Origin: Sarea resinae
Lineage: Eukaryota
NCBI GenBank assembly: GCA_026026165.1
Contig: JAPEUD010000007.1
Span: 372,001-436,000, forward strand
Reading direction: 5' to 3'
DNA: 64,000 nucleotides
In this document: positions 37,422 through 50,600 of the stretch, one piece after another
How the letters are laid out: every line of letters begins with the position of its first letter
Position numbering within the stretch: the stretch's first letter is position 1
The notes under the pieces: generated by a model
What the model was told of the DNA's origin: nothing
Databases searched by the model: none
Seen by the model: the letters and a program-made list of their open reading frames with translations, nothing else
Made by a program: the position numbers and the translations under genes

Positions 37422-39718
37422 ATGGCGCTCTCTCTTTCTTTCTTCCCCGTTATGGGGCTTCTGCTCCTGCCATTCGGGCTTATAGCAAATGCGAAAACGG
37501 TAACTTACGACTGGAATATCACCTGGGTTCTTGCGAATCCGGATGGGCTATTTGTTCGTCCGACGATTGGCATCAACAATCAGTGGCCCTGCCCTCGTCT
37601 CTCTGCAGATGTTGGAGATAGGGTCATTGTCAACCTTAATAATCAATTGGGAAATGAAAGCACCAGCTTGCATTTCCATGGCCTCTTTATGAATGGCACG
37701 AATGAGATGGACGGAGTGGTTGGTGTCACACAATGTGCTGTTCCTCCTGGATCTTCAATGACTTATAATTTTACGGTAAGCATTCCCTGATTTATAACGA
37801 GATTTCTTTCTCTAAGCCACTCGCTGCTGCAATAGATTGATCAACCCGGAACTTATTGGTACCATTCCCACGAGAGAGGTCAATATCCGGATGGTCTTCG
37901 AGGACCTCTCATCGTAAATGATCCTGATATACCCTTCAAGGATCAGTATGATGAAGAGCTAGTCCTTACGTTGTCAGAGTGGTACCACGATCAGATGCCC
38001 GGTCTGATGAAGACTTTCCTCAATGTGGCAAACCCAACAGGCGCTGAGCCAGTTCCGGATTCCGCTCTTTTCAATGACACACAGAACCTCCAAGTTGCCG
38101 TGCAACCTGGGAAGACCTATATGCTACGTATCGTCAGCATAGCTGCTTTTGCGTCGCAATATGTCTGGTTTGAGGGTCATACGATGAAGATCATCGAAGT
38201 AGATGGCATCTACACTGAGCCTACAGAAGCAGACATGATCTACTTGACGCCTGCGCAGCGCTACAGTGTTCTGATCACCACCAAAAACGATACGAGCACT
38301 AATTATGCTTTCGTTGGAAGCATGGATGAGGTATGATGACGTTTTACGTTCTGCTAGATGCACTCAGCTCACGACTTCTTAGGATCTATTCGATACAGTC
38401 CCCAAGACTCTCGACCCTAATGTTACCGGTTGGCTCGTTTATGATGATAAGGCAGAATTGCCTAAACCAGCCTTGCTAGAGGAGTTCAATCCTTTTGACG
38501 ATTTTACGCTTGTGCCTTACGACCATGAAGAATTATATGATCACGTTGACTACTCGTTTAACTTGGATGTAAAGATGGATAATCTAGGGGATGGTATCAA
38601 TTAGTGCGCGATCCATTCAACAACCCCAATGCACCTCGACGATGGCTAACAGACTTGCAGCGCATTTTTCAATGACGTTACTTATGTTAGTCCCAAGGTG
38701 CCTACTCTTTATACAGCGCTTTCGGCTGGTGACCTAGCCACCAATGCCGCTATCTACGGCCCCAATACCAACTCTTTCGTCCTCAAAAAGGGCGACGTCG
38801 TTGAGATCGTCCTGAATAACGACGACACGGGTAAACACCCGTTCCATCTCCACGGCCACACTTTCCAGGCCGTCTGGCGATCCGACGAAAACGCTGGTTT
38901 TTATAACGGTACCGGCGCGCTGTCTAAAGTACCCATGCGGAGAGATACCTTCATGGTCCGACCGCAGGGCAATATGGTTCTCCGTTTCGTCGCCGACAAT
39001 CCTGATAAGTCCCCCTTTTGCAACCATGCTCCCATACTCACCGCTGACTTTTCCCCTCACGCATCTGGTTTTTTCACTGTCACATCGAATGGCATGTCGA
39101 ATCGGGCCTCATTGCCACCATGATTGAAGCGCCCATTGAACTCCAGAAAACCATGAGCATTCCAGCGGACCACTTCCAAGTCTGCAAAGCTGCGGGTAAG
39201 CCAACTGAGGGTAATGCCGCAGCCAATACTCAAGATTTCTTGGACCTCACGGGCGTGCCCAAGAGCCCGAAACCTCTCCCAGCCGGGTAAGAAGCCAAAA
39301 GTCTATTCCTTGCGACTTAATGTTTCTCCTCAAGGCCATCACTGATCGTGCGCTTTACTTGATATAGATTCACGGCCAGAGGCATCGTGGCAATGGTGTT
39401 CAGTGCTATTAGTGGTATTCTCGGCATCACTGTCATTGCATGGTAAGTCTCTCCCCTCCTCTCCCCTCTCTGCCCTCTCTGCCCCACTCCCCTCAACCAA
39501 GTCCTCCCCATGAACATGCACTAAATCTATGCAACGCTTACAGGTACGGCATGGGCGAGCTCTCTGTCGAGGAACAAAAGAAAGTCATGGCCGAGACCGC
39601 AGCCGCAGCCGCCGCAGGTGGTAATAGCATTGACTTCGAAAACGAAACAGCGGCCAGCACCACAGCGACCGAGACTAGGGAAGAGCGACAGAGGCACGAG
39701 AGAGGGTCGGGGCAGTAG
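37422..39718 (+). CDS. FET3: Plasma-membrane multicopper ferroxidase
   Basis: Signal peptide; [17 protein letters not shown] and HCHIEWH copper motifs; GAEPVP and NLGDG ferroxidase acidic residues; C-terminal TM helix. Introns 37776-37835, 38331-38382, 38604-38660, 39005-39060 (AT-AC), 39287-39367 and 39443-39543. Confidence 0.95.
39005..39060 (+). other. Non-canonical AT-AC intron in FET3
   Basis: CCTG|ATAAGT...GCTGAC TTTTCCCCTCAC|GCATCTGG. Removal restores [14 protein letters not shown]; no usable AG acceptor lies in the interval. Confidence 0.85.
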
Positions 39719-40133
39719 AGTAGAGTAAAGGGAATGAGTAGAGGAAATGTCGAGTGCGTGTGCCTGTGCGTGTGCCTCTATGCAGCGGGGCCGTGGGTAG
39801 GAACTGGTGGTGCTTGCTAGTCTTTGATTTTTGGAAGACGTTTGTTTGTTCGTTCGTTCATTCGTTCGCCCGGGACGCGCGCAGGGAGTTAGTTCTGCTT
39901 CTTGTCTGATTGGCTGTTCATCTGTTATTATTCATGAGCGACGAGGAAGAGGCTAGGGGCCGTGTGGGCAAATGAGTGGATAAAGTGAGGACGAGGACAG
40001 GAGAGAGCAGACGCGGGGCTTAAATCATGCTTGCTTGATTGATTGAGGTGGCTTGGAGGGCCTCCTCATACACGACTGGAAATAAATGGCAGATACACAT
40101 GCATATATCGAGCACCTAATATTTCGGACATAG

Positions 40134-40164
<31 letters not shown>

Positions 40165-40187
40165 ATTGATTGCTTGATTGATTGATT
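40134..40187. repeat. (GATT)n microsatellite
   Basis: Directly visible between FET3 and MIR1. Confidence 0.85.
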
Positions 40188-40765
40188 CATGGCAAATGCG
40201 ACTGACTGCCGTTTTATGTCTGGATAGTCGCCCCCCTTTCTTCAGTCTGGCCCTTACCTCTTTTCCTCTTTTTCTCTTTTTCTTTTACTGCGTACTCGAA
40301 TGCAAACCTCAGATGAAAAACTCAGATATAAATCAACCAGCCAGCAGAGAGACCACGACGAGAACGCGAGCAAAACATCTTAAGAAGAAAGGTCTAGGAT
40401 TATTTGTGAAGAGTACTTAGTAGTAGGTTGACGAGAGAAAATAGTACTACAAACTCCCTTCCACCTCTCTATCTCACCTCCCTTCCTCTCTGTTTACCGC
40501 AGCAGCCAGTTCCATCTATCCTTTGCCAAATCGCTGCTCCTGCGCTACAATTAAAGGAAAAGAAAAAGAGAAGACATTTCCATCCACTACTGCGCGTAAA
40601 TACAACGATTCTTCACCCCTCCTCCTCCTCGTCCCCATTGAATCGGCTCAGCTCGGCTCGTCTATCTTCGCGTTCGTTACCGATTCCCCCTCCCGACCCT
40701 GAGGGCTTCTCGCTTCCCGCTTCCAAGCACCCAACAACGTCCCGTCACACGCGCACTCTGCTCAT

Positions 40766-41967
40766 CTATTTCGCAGAGATCTCGACTCCACCGACGGCGC
40801 CAAGCATACGCTTGCAGTCACCTAATCGAAAGTTATCAGTCATTTGTTTCATGCAAGAAGATTGTATGAAGAGCATGTAACTTACCGTAGATGGCGAATT
40901 GACCAGCAGTCAGAGTACCAACCATGAAGAGACGAGCACCAATACCGGCATAGCTGCCACGGAGACCGAGTTCCTTTCCGATCTTGAACAGACGGCTCAT
41001 GGTGCCCTCACCGGGAAGACCCTTGGACTTGTTGATCTTGCTAAGCATGGTGTCGGCGGGCTGGGAGACGATAGCGGCGGCAAAACCGGCGAGCAGACCG
41101 GATCCGAGGTTGACACCGGTCTGGGCAGCGTCGGAGAGAGTGGACTTGTCAACGCGCTTGTAGACGTTCTCGACGACCTTCTCGAAGACGACGAACTTGG
41201 CCATGGTGTAAGGGACCCTGGAATTCTGCATTAGTGTGGATTTTCCTCGGTTCGATATGCTACTACATACTGCTTGAAGAGGATAGGTCCGAAACCAGAG
41301 TAGAAAGCACCAATACCCTCATTCTTGGCGATCTTGCTGAAACCACCGACTAGACCGTTGGCGAAAGTAGGCTCGGAGACGAGACGGATACGGGTAGCTT
41401 CCAGAGGGCAGAGGGCAATGTCGGCGAAGAACTCAGCAGCGGCGGAGGAGGCAAGGTAGACAGCGGTTCGGTTGTTCGAGGCGGTCTCGTAGCCAATGGC
41501 GCTGATCCATTGCTGCTTGAAGAACTCGTATCCTCCGAATTTGAAAGCACCCTGGAGGAAGTATCCGGCAGCGGTGGGACCGAAACCGGTGAGAAGGGCA
41601 CCAGCACCCTCCTTGGCAACCACCTGTCTGAAGCCGCCGATGAGACCTCTGTTGTAGGTCACGGGGTCGAGCTGGATCCTCGTCTTGACCCTATTGGAAA
41701 CGAATTAGCTCACGGAACAACCAAGCTTTAGGCGGCTGATCGATCGCATCGCAGGTATTGTGTCCCGGCGTGGGCAAACATAGAACAAAAGCAAGGGCAG
41801 TCTTACACATCCACGGGCGTGAGACCACCGTGCGTGATGGAGCAGCACACAGCACCGGCCAAGGCGAATCTCGAGTAGAGAGCAAGACCGCTCAGCTTCT
41901 CGGGGGTGTTGGCAGCCGCCGTGTTCACGGCGGCGTCAATCTTGGTTGATCCAGTAGAGGCAGCCAT
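40766..41967 (-). CDS. MIR1: Mitochondrial phosphate carrier
   Basis: Three carrier signatures ([24 protein letters not shown]) and [17 protein letters not shown]. Three GT-AG introns; ends GGVEISAK*. Confidence 0.93.
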
Positions 41968-44011
41968 TGCGTCGATGGATGGTTGTGTGGAGAGTGGAGA
42001 GTGGAGATGGGAGGACGGAGGACGGGGGATGGATGCTGGAGGATGGAGGATGGAGATGAGAAGATGGAAGATGAAGAATTGAGATGTGTAGTGATAGTAA
42101 GGTATGGTAGTAGTTACTGCTAGTCAGTAGTAAGTCGTAAAGACGGGGCTTGTTTCGGAGGAGCTTTGTCAGTGGAAAGGACACAAATTTTGCACACTCC
42201 GGTTCGGGTTAGTGGAAGGGGTGGCACATTCGGCCTCGGGAAGCTTAGGGACGGGAATGAAGACATTTCAGAAGTCCCTTTCCGCCCGGGTTAGTATGCC
42301 AGAGGTACCTCATGCCGTGCACAGCTTGACTCGCCCCCCAGCCGAGAATCCTCCGAGCGGAGAGTTATTCACCCTCCATATCCATTGTACGGTATCCTTT
42401 CATGTTCGAGCTTCTTACCTGCCAAATTTACTCTCAAGACGGAGATAAGCAGACGGCCCCGAGATGAAGTGCCACTTTATCTTCCCTATTCAATGACTGC
42501 TTCCGGCAAATTCTATTGCACTGGAGAAGTGCTGGCGCGCAACTGTGATTTGTGGGCAGGAATCAATTTCATACGAAACGCAACGATAATGCAGTTGGGG
42601 GACCCGCGCGGTACTTACTTCAGAACGTACTTTTTTCCCCCCAGAGAGCTTCCGCTGGCCGTCGAGACGGGCTATGAGCAGGGCTGAAAGTCGATCAAGC
42701 TGTTCCCCAAGCCACCCTGTTATCCCGGATGCTTTCTTCAGGAAGTGAGAAAGTACGGTTTGTCCGGCTTGATGTTGACCGCGTTATCGAAAATGAAGAA
42801 CAAAAGATTCGACAAACCAGCCGCTTGTTACTTCGAGCAGGAGAAAGCGGATTTGGAGAGAAAGACTTATGAGAGTCCAGATCTGGTGTGAGTGCTCTAA
42901 ATGAAACCGAATCGATTCTTTCGCCTCGTCGAGTCGGGACGCAATGGGCTTATACGCATCTCGCTCTGACGAGCTGGGTTCAGTCTCTGGGCTGTCTTTA
43001 CAGCGGACTGCACGAATGCTCATGATCCCAGATATAAGGTAGCTTTGAACTAAAAAGCTAGGGCACTGCATACAGTGGTTAGACGTGCTAGATCATATCC
43101 ACATTATCTGTCAACCTATGCCACTACCTACATACCTTAGGTAGCCCAGAGAATACGATCCTACCAGTACGCTGTAAACCTCGTAGTGCCAAAGTTTCCC
43201 TCGCCATTTATTGCCGTCATCATGAATAATGCCCTGTTAATCAGTTCCATACGATACAACCAAGACTAGAATCCCAACAGTGATAGTAGACTTGATTGTA
43301 ATCTTAGATGATTGTATCCTCTTCGCCACGCTACAACTTTAAGCAACATAAATAGCGAAAGTCATATACTTTTCACATTTCTGAAGGACAAGAGTGTAGA
43401 TAGCTCTGTGATTTTGTGAATCCTTGCTGATTCTGGTAGGTAATGACGTGGTGGGAGAGAGTGGTGAAAAGCGAGACTTCATCATGAATTGAGATGAGCA
43501 TACACCGATATTTGCTATCCACGCGTGCAATGATAGCTCTAGCTGGCGTGATCGACTCAGCTGCTGCAAGCCCATGTGCTCTCCGTGGCAAAAAGGCCTC
43601 TCATCTTCATGAGCCTTCCCCCTACTCTAGTCCGACACCCTCCCCGCAACCCTACCTCGATGCCCTCCTCTCTCTGCTCTTCTTAGATTCTACACTTCTT
43701 TTCAAGACGCCCACACAGCAAGAGCTTTCTAGACGTGTGAGGCATAGGAGGGCTCCTGCAATGATGCCCGGCAAAAGCGTTGTAGAGGCACCTGAATTTA
43801 ATCAAGTTGCCCTTCATTATCGAGCGGATTGCTTCGAAAAGCTTTCAGCGCCGTTTCGACTCGCCAGACGGAGTTTTTGGTCTCTGACTGTAGATCACCG
43901 TTCTACCGAAATTCTGTCAATGTGCATATTGAGGCAACGGTCACAGCCGAACCTAATCAATAGCAAGACAATGCGCTGCTATTCATTTCGCTTTGGCTGT
44001 GTTTTGGATTT

Positions 44012-44570
44012 TCAACAGCTTCTCCAGCTCTCCCTAACCGGGTCCCAGATTTTTGAACGTGGCTGCTGCTGCTGCTGCTCCGTTGAAGGAGTGGCGGCGG
44101 TAGCTGGAATTGGGCCTAGGCTGGCTTCATCTTTCCAGTCTGCAGAACTTCTATTAGCAGAGGCGCGGGCTGCAACAGAGGATAAAGGGCTTGCCGACAA
44201 TCCTGCCGCACGAGGTAGAAATGCGGTCGCATCATCCGAAGGGCTGTCTGATACTGATCTTTACTAGACATTGTAAGGATGCTACCCTTACATTGCGGAT
44301 CTGCCAGGATCATGTCCTTGATGTCGTTGACCACAGGTTGAATCATCCATTTTGGATGATACCTGAGCTCTCTGTCCAGATCAAGCTGCCCTTGCTGGAT
44401 GCTTGCTTTCACCGTCGCCTTGATAGATTCCTAAACAAATAAGAAGATTGGTGAGTAGAAGAACAATATATTCGACTAACACGTACATTGATGCGTCTCT
44501 TGCCAATGTTACATTCCGTCTCTGATCCATGAGGACCAAGAATTTTGTAGAAGTCATCTGAAATAGGCAT
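44012..44570 (-). CDS. Possible small spliced orphan gene
   Basis: ATG at 44570; intron 44431-44486 (GTACGT...TTTAG) joins MPISDDFYKIL...RRIN in frame to ESIKATVKASIQQGQLDLD. A second, weaker intron would lead to ...QQQQQPRSKIWDPVRESWRSC*. Confidence 0.4.
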
Positions 44571-47500
44571 TGTCTCTTCGCCGAGACCAGCAGACGGTAC
44601 TGCCAGCGGAGATGAATCCAGTAAGCACGCTACGAGTGGGATCCGGGGATTTATAACCGTAGTGCAATCTAGGAGTCCTGGCAGTAAATAAGGTAGTTTC
44701 ACAATCTTTTGATCAAGGTACCGTAAACCACATACGGGAAGCTACCTCCTCGGGCTGGCACGTTCCTCCCGTCGCTTCAAGCCGCCCGATCACTACGGCT
44801 GTAGCGGTGCCCAATGAGGTGGGTACCAAGTATTCAGGTACGTACGATATCAAAGAATACGTACCGATTTTCGAAACAAAGAGATCTTCGTGTACGGGGA
44901 TGATGTGCAAAGCCGTCTGAAGCTTTTCGCCGCTAGGACGAAGGTACGCAGTAGGTAGTCTTCAGCTTCTGTTGAGTACAGCAATCAAGGCACGGGATAG
45001 ATTGGTAGCCTCCAGAGTGCGATTAAGGCTAGGCTTTGCTAGATAAGACAGGTCATAGCTTTAGATTTGTCCAGGGCTTAGAGCGGACTTCGGTAAATAT
45101 CGTCTACTGCGTATCTGCCTTACGTTTTGTCCAGTTGCACCAATTAAAAGTTGACTTGAGCTTATTTTACTGCGTACATGGAGAGAGAGGAAAATGAGAA
45201 GGAAAATGAGAGAAGGAAAAGACAAGAGTATCCATATCATATCATCTTATCCTTCTTACCAGTTTCACTAATTCGTCTGTATCTATACTCAGAGTAGATT
45301 ATAGGCAGCTTAGAACATCCCTCACGTGGCTTGATGTACCTCAGGGAGTAATAGCCTAAAGTACCTAATGAGGGTCTAACCTGAATGAGCTAAAGTCTAG
45401 AGAATGAAGACAAGAGTCTTCGTCTTGAATATCATATTTCTCTCTGATTATCGCAGCCACCGGTGTACGCCCTTGTCGAGGCCATTTGTGTAAGATATTC
45501 AAAGTATTGAGTTCATAACTCATGCGCGACAGGCAGGGTCCTTTGGCCAGCAGTGGTGAAGATAGGTCGATTCTCAACTCCGAAATAGTTGCTTGCTTCG
45601 ACAGGAAGCGACTGTACTCCATACACTAGGAATTGTAGTCCAAGAGGTTGGCCGACTACGCACAGATAAAAGTACAGATGAAGCTGTCTGAGTCTCGAGT
45701 ACAGACCGGAAGTGATATGGATGGTGTACTTTTTTTAGAATCGTAGATAGTCGTTGTCGTCTCCAGGGATCAGCTCATCTGAATGCGGGTGAAATGGATT
45801 CTCATCATTCCTCATAGATTACATTCTTATTGTCTTCTCAACTATCTCGGTGGCTCTTTTCTCAGAGGACTTCAAGAGATACACATCTAGGTTAAGCATT
45901 ATGATTATATATCAACGAACGGTAAGGCACTTGGGGTTAACTTTTTCCTTTGAAGGGGGCGAGCGGACGCGCGACATCGGTGGGAGCGTGGCTGCCCGAG
46001 TCGGTGGGTGCGGTGGGTGCGGTGGGTGCCCGCCGCTCACCGTAAGTTAGTCATGTGTTGCTCAAAAGGCGGAATTGGATGCGAAAGCGGAATGCGGGGT
46101 TGCAAACTTGGCAAGGAGCCAATTGTGCAAGTAAAAATAGAGGTTGGAACCCCCTCTGGATCCGACTCTATCTACCTTCCCTAGGTACCCGGTCGTTCAA
46201 GAAACTCCGCGCTCTCGGGGGAATGGGACAAGCAGGAATAAGTGAGGTTGGTATCAGAATCGAGATATCTTTTTTTCTCTATCCGTGGCAGGGTTCTCTT
46301 TCTGAAACGCTGTACTTCGTACTCCTGCTCTGTCAATCTACGCAGTATCCGGAGTAGGCCCTAGGCTGAGGGGGCCACTCTCGCGTGCGACTCAAGAGGT
46401 ACTAACATGACTAGCCTCTCTCCACGCGCATTTGCTCTCAATTGCATCAAATCCATTCTCCTCCAAGCGCTGTTCTTCCTCTCGACAGTGGGGACGGTGA
46501 AAAAGAGACGGGGCTCATCCCAGCGGTGGCCTGTCTGAATTCTCTACTCACCGTAGGCCCGTCGCAGATCCCTCTTGGTTGGCGATAGCGAGATGAAACC
46601 CCGGCGACGCCGTGCACTTGAATCGGTCATCTGACCTGAATAGCCTGACTACTACAGTACCTACCTATGGAGTACTTATGCCTGTTTCGTGGCTCGGAGT
46701 GGCAACTGTGGCAGAAGTACGAAGTACAAAGTACAGAGCATGACCCCGGGGGACGGTCGTTAGCTGACCATTTAGCATTGTGCCTCGTGCCCTGGACGGA
46801 CCCAAATTGACCAATCCTCCGTCTCACCGATCGTCTCCGCACTTGAGAAGCCGCAAAAGATTGCAAATGCAGAGTCGGCAAAAAGGGCCAAGGGGGGGAG
46901 GGGGGGCGGCGTTTTTAGGGCAATGAAAAAGATGGTCACTATCGCCACGGTTGCCACGATGATGCCGCGGTCTCCCAATCAAACAAGCACGGATTGCATG
47001 CAGGTGAGGTAGGCAAAGGTAGGCATGCAGAGGAGAGCGCTGCGTACGATGTAGTATATCCTTGGACAGCCTCGCCCCCCGCTTTCATCATTGAGGCCTC
47101 GATCAAGGTAGATGATCATCCTCAGGTACTCTGCGTACTCCGAGCAGAGTCGCCGTCGTCGTTGTTCCCAAAAGTACCATGTCGAGAAAGATCCAGATGG
47201 TTCATTTGTTCCCGGCAGTAGGGGATAGAGCAAATGTTAAATAAGTTAGTCTGCGCCTGTTGGAGGCTGTCCGGGGCCGATCCCTTCTCGAGTTCTCGAC
47301 TCTAGAGTACTCGGAGTAGAGGACTGCGCAGTAGCAAGGCACGAATGTTCGCATCATCGCACCAAATGCGACACTAAGCAACCTAACCTAAACGACACCA
47401 CGTACTGCCGGCCACCTACCTTACCTGATCCTGGGCTTAGTACTCTCACTCGCCGCGGCCCTCCGCCTCGAGCCTTCCCTTCCCATACTTCTGCGCCAAA

Positions 47501-47652
47501 CAAAACTGGTGAACCTGCAACCTCGCTGCCCCTAGGGGTCCTCAACCCCCTCCATTGATCTCGTCCTCCAAGCTCATGAGGCGATTGTCTCTCGACGAGG
47601 CGGAGGACAGCTACCACCGCTGATCCATCCCGCCGGATTTGTCCCTGAGGAT

Positions 47653-50600
47653 ATGAGCTCGTCCGGCCAGGACCTCCCGCAGCCCAGGCAGATTCGCTTT
47701 GTCTCCAATGATGGCCAACCGCATACGAAAAGACGGCGGATAAATGCTGCGTACGTACAGTGGCTCCCCTCCCCCCGTGATCTTTGAACCTGGCAGTTTG
47801 GCTTCTCGTACTCGGGCCGCTTGACAGTCATTCCGCTGACAGGCTTACGGTGTGAAGGTGTGGAACTTGCAGGAAACGAAAGACCCGTTGCTCAGGAGAA
47901 CGTCCAGTCTGCTCGACGTGCACACAAAACGGCCACGGCTGCTTGGGTTACGCGGATCCCGTTCCAAATGTTCGCGATGCCTCGTCGACTCATGCGAGTG
48001 GTCCTTCGCATGGAGATAATGTCGCAGAGGCCGTCAATCCCCGAATATCGCCTGCCAGGTCTGGTTCGGGCTCGCCCACGCAAAAGAGAAAATGGCTCGC
48101 CGAAGACAAACAGGTCCCAGTCTCGGCCGCTTCAAATTCATCACCTACTAAAGCTCCGTCGTCGTCTAATCGAACGGATGCATCTCCACTCCTGCATCGC
48201 GATTCTAAGGCTTCAATAAAATTAGAGAAGAAGGATACTCCAAAGACGAGTCCGGTTGCAAATGGTGCGTCACCCCTACCTAGCTTCTCCAATTGTAGAG
48301 AACACGTCCTACGTCTAGGCATGAATATCGATAATAACGGACGTGCTCATCTATAGATCGCACAACTGCCCATCTGGATACTCGCAATCGGGTCCCCTAT
48401 TTTCGATATTTTGGCCCAACAGCCATTGTCCCTGGTTTCAAGCAAATGGTCGTGCAGGTGAAAGAGCGTCGACCAAGCACTGCCGTGCACTCGTCTTCTG
48501 CCGGTATGCTCATGAATTCTAGTACCTGCGCTCATGGATTAGTATATTGACAATAATATAGAGTCCCCTGCCTCAACATCTTCGGAGCAAAGTGGTCGGG
48601 TGGGCCTCGGATTTGGTCAAGCCTCAACGCCATCCCAAAGTGGTGCCGAGACTCATGTTTCGGTCGATATCCCATTCTATGATCCGAACAACCCGATGCC
48701 GAATAACCCCTTGATCACCCATCTCGGCGAGGTTTTCTTTGCACATCTGGGATGCAATTTTCCGTTTCTACAGCGGGATCGATTCCTCCGTGATCTAGCG
48801 GCAAAACGTGTTGATGCGATTCTGGTGGATGCGGTTTGTGGTCTAGCCGCGCGATTTTCGACTCACCCACTATTGACTTCTATTCAATTATCCTACTCGA
48901 CTGGAGGGCGCAACAAGGAACGCCAGATAAGCAAGTCACAGTATGGGCAGGCATTCGCCCAGCGTGCCATGTCTGCTGTAGTGGACGCCTTCTCTTGCCC
49001 TAGCGTTGCTGTCGTACAAGCCTGCCTCCTATTGGCTTATGAAGAATTCGGCTCAAACCACGACAGTGGGCTTTGGATGTTCTTGGGTATATCGATCAGA
49101 ATGGCACAAGATCTCGGTATGCAAAAGCTTGAAGGCTTGCAGTTTGAAGGGCGGGACGGCCCAACACCTAAAAGCGTGAAGAACGGCTACGTCGAAGAAC
49201 CAAGCGAATATGGTGAGGACCGCGGATCGGCAAACAAGAGTTCTGACAGTGAAGAGCATTTGAATGAACGTGGATTCCTCGCGCAAGCTGTTCCAGAAGC
49301 TGTTCCGCCGTTTCGACAAAACACAAGAAAAGAACCCCCCACCGGCGCAGGAGACGATGATCCGACGAATGTGCAGCATTTTGAGGAGCAGAGAGCCGTG
49401 GAGAGAGAGCGCATCGACACATTTTGGGCAATCTTTTTCCTTGATCGGGTGATCTCCTCGGGGACGGGCAGGCCTGTCACTCTTCGTGATAAAGACGTCG
49501 AGCTTTCCTTTCCTCGAGAGGAAGTTGATCCAGTCACCGGCTGGCCGGCGCCCTTTCCTGCACTTATCAGGATAATTCACCTCTATGGACGAGTCACAGA
49601 CCTGCTCAATAACTTCAAAGAGATCAACCACGTAACCTCGGAGACAGTGAACCAATTGGCGGGAATGGAGCATGACCTCACGAGTAAGACATTGCTCAGC
49701 TCCACTGAACCTTGACACTTTGATACTAATCACGTTTAGGTATATATCAACGTCTTTCACCAAAGCTGCATTTCAACGCCGTTAACTTCCAGCACTATGT
49801 CAAAGCTGGCCAGGGCATTAATTTCATCTTACTACATTTCTGGTTCCATACTTTGATCGTGCTACTTCATCAGCCGACATTGCTGCATTCTTTCGAGGGA
49901 CGTATGCAGCAATTGTTTCCCAACAGTCGCGAGCTTTCTGTTTCATCCGCCAAGACGATCGCAGATATATTGGCGTTTGCGGAGCTGATCGACGCCAACA
50001 GCTTCATTGGGAATCCTTTCACTTGCCAGCCTATATACACTGCCGCTTGTGCTTTTCTGATGGAGAGTGCCGCTCATACAGACCCTCTACCTGAAGTTAC
50101 AACTCCTTTGGTCTCTCATTTCACGCTCTCACATCCTCCTTCAAATGCGCCCCACGTCCTCGGCGAGCGACACGGTTCCTGGAGAGATACCTCGACTACA
50201 AGTGGTGGAAGAGGTAGTGGAAACAACGCAGAACAAAAGAAGACATCAAAGCACAGCTTGTTAGCGGCAGCAGCAAATCAAAATTATCAGTGCTGCTATA
50301 AAGCTCTGAAGTCAATCGAGACTTACTGGGCGGGGGCGAAGTATATTCTTACGGTCCTGGATCAGAAAGCCAAAGGCATTGGCGATCCTCTTCTCTACAC
50401 GATAGAGGAGGCTGAGAGTGCGCTCGAAGTGCCGAAAACAAGGCCGGCATTTACCTCGTCCGGGTGGCGACGAAGACTGTCACACAGCGAGCATGCAGTA
50501 GAAGATGGTTCGGATATCTCTCGTCAATCGCCGCTCAAGTTCGCCAGGCCTCGCGTATCTGAAGACCAGAGGCAAGACATTCGGGGATCGCCTTCGATGG

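Noticed and set aside
38698..39123. FET3 as a frameshifted pseudogene or a laccase
   Set aside because: An AT-AC intron restores the frame exactly; all motifs, the TM anchor and the FTR1 partner are intact.
40766..41967. Copper carrier Pic2 functionally clustered with FET3
   Set aside because: The sequence looks Mir1-like rather than Pic2-like, and I saw no iron GATA array upstream; adjacency is probably incidental.
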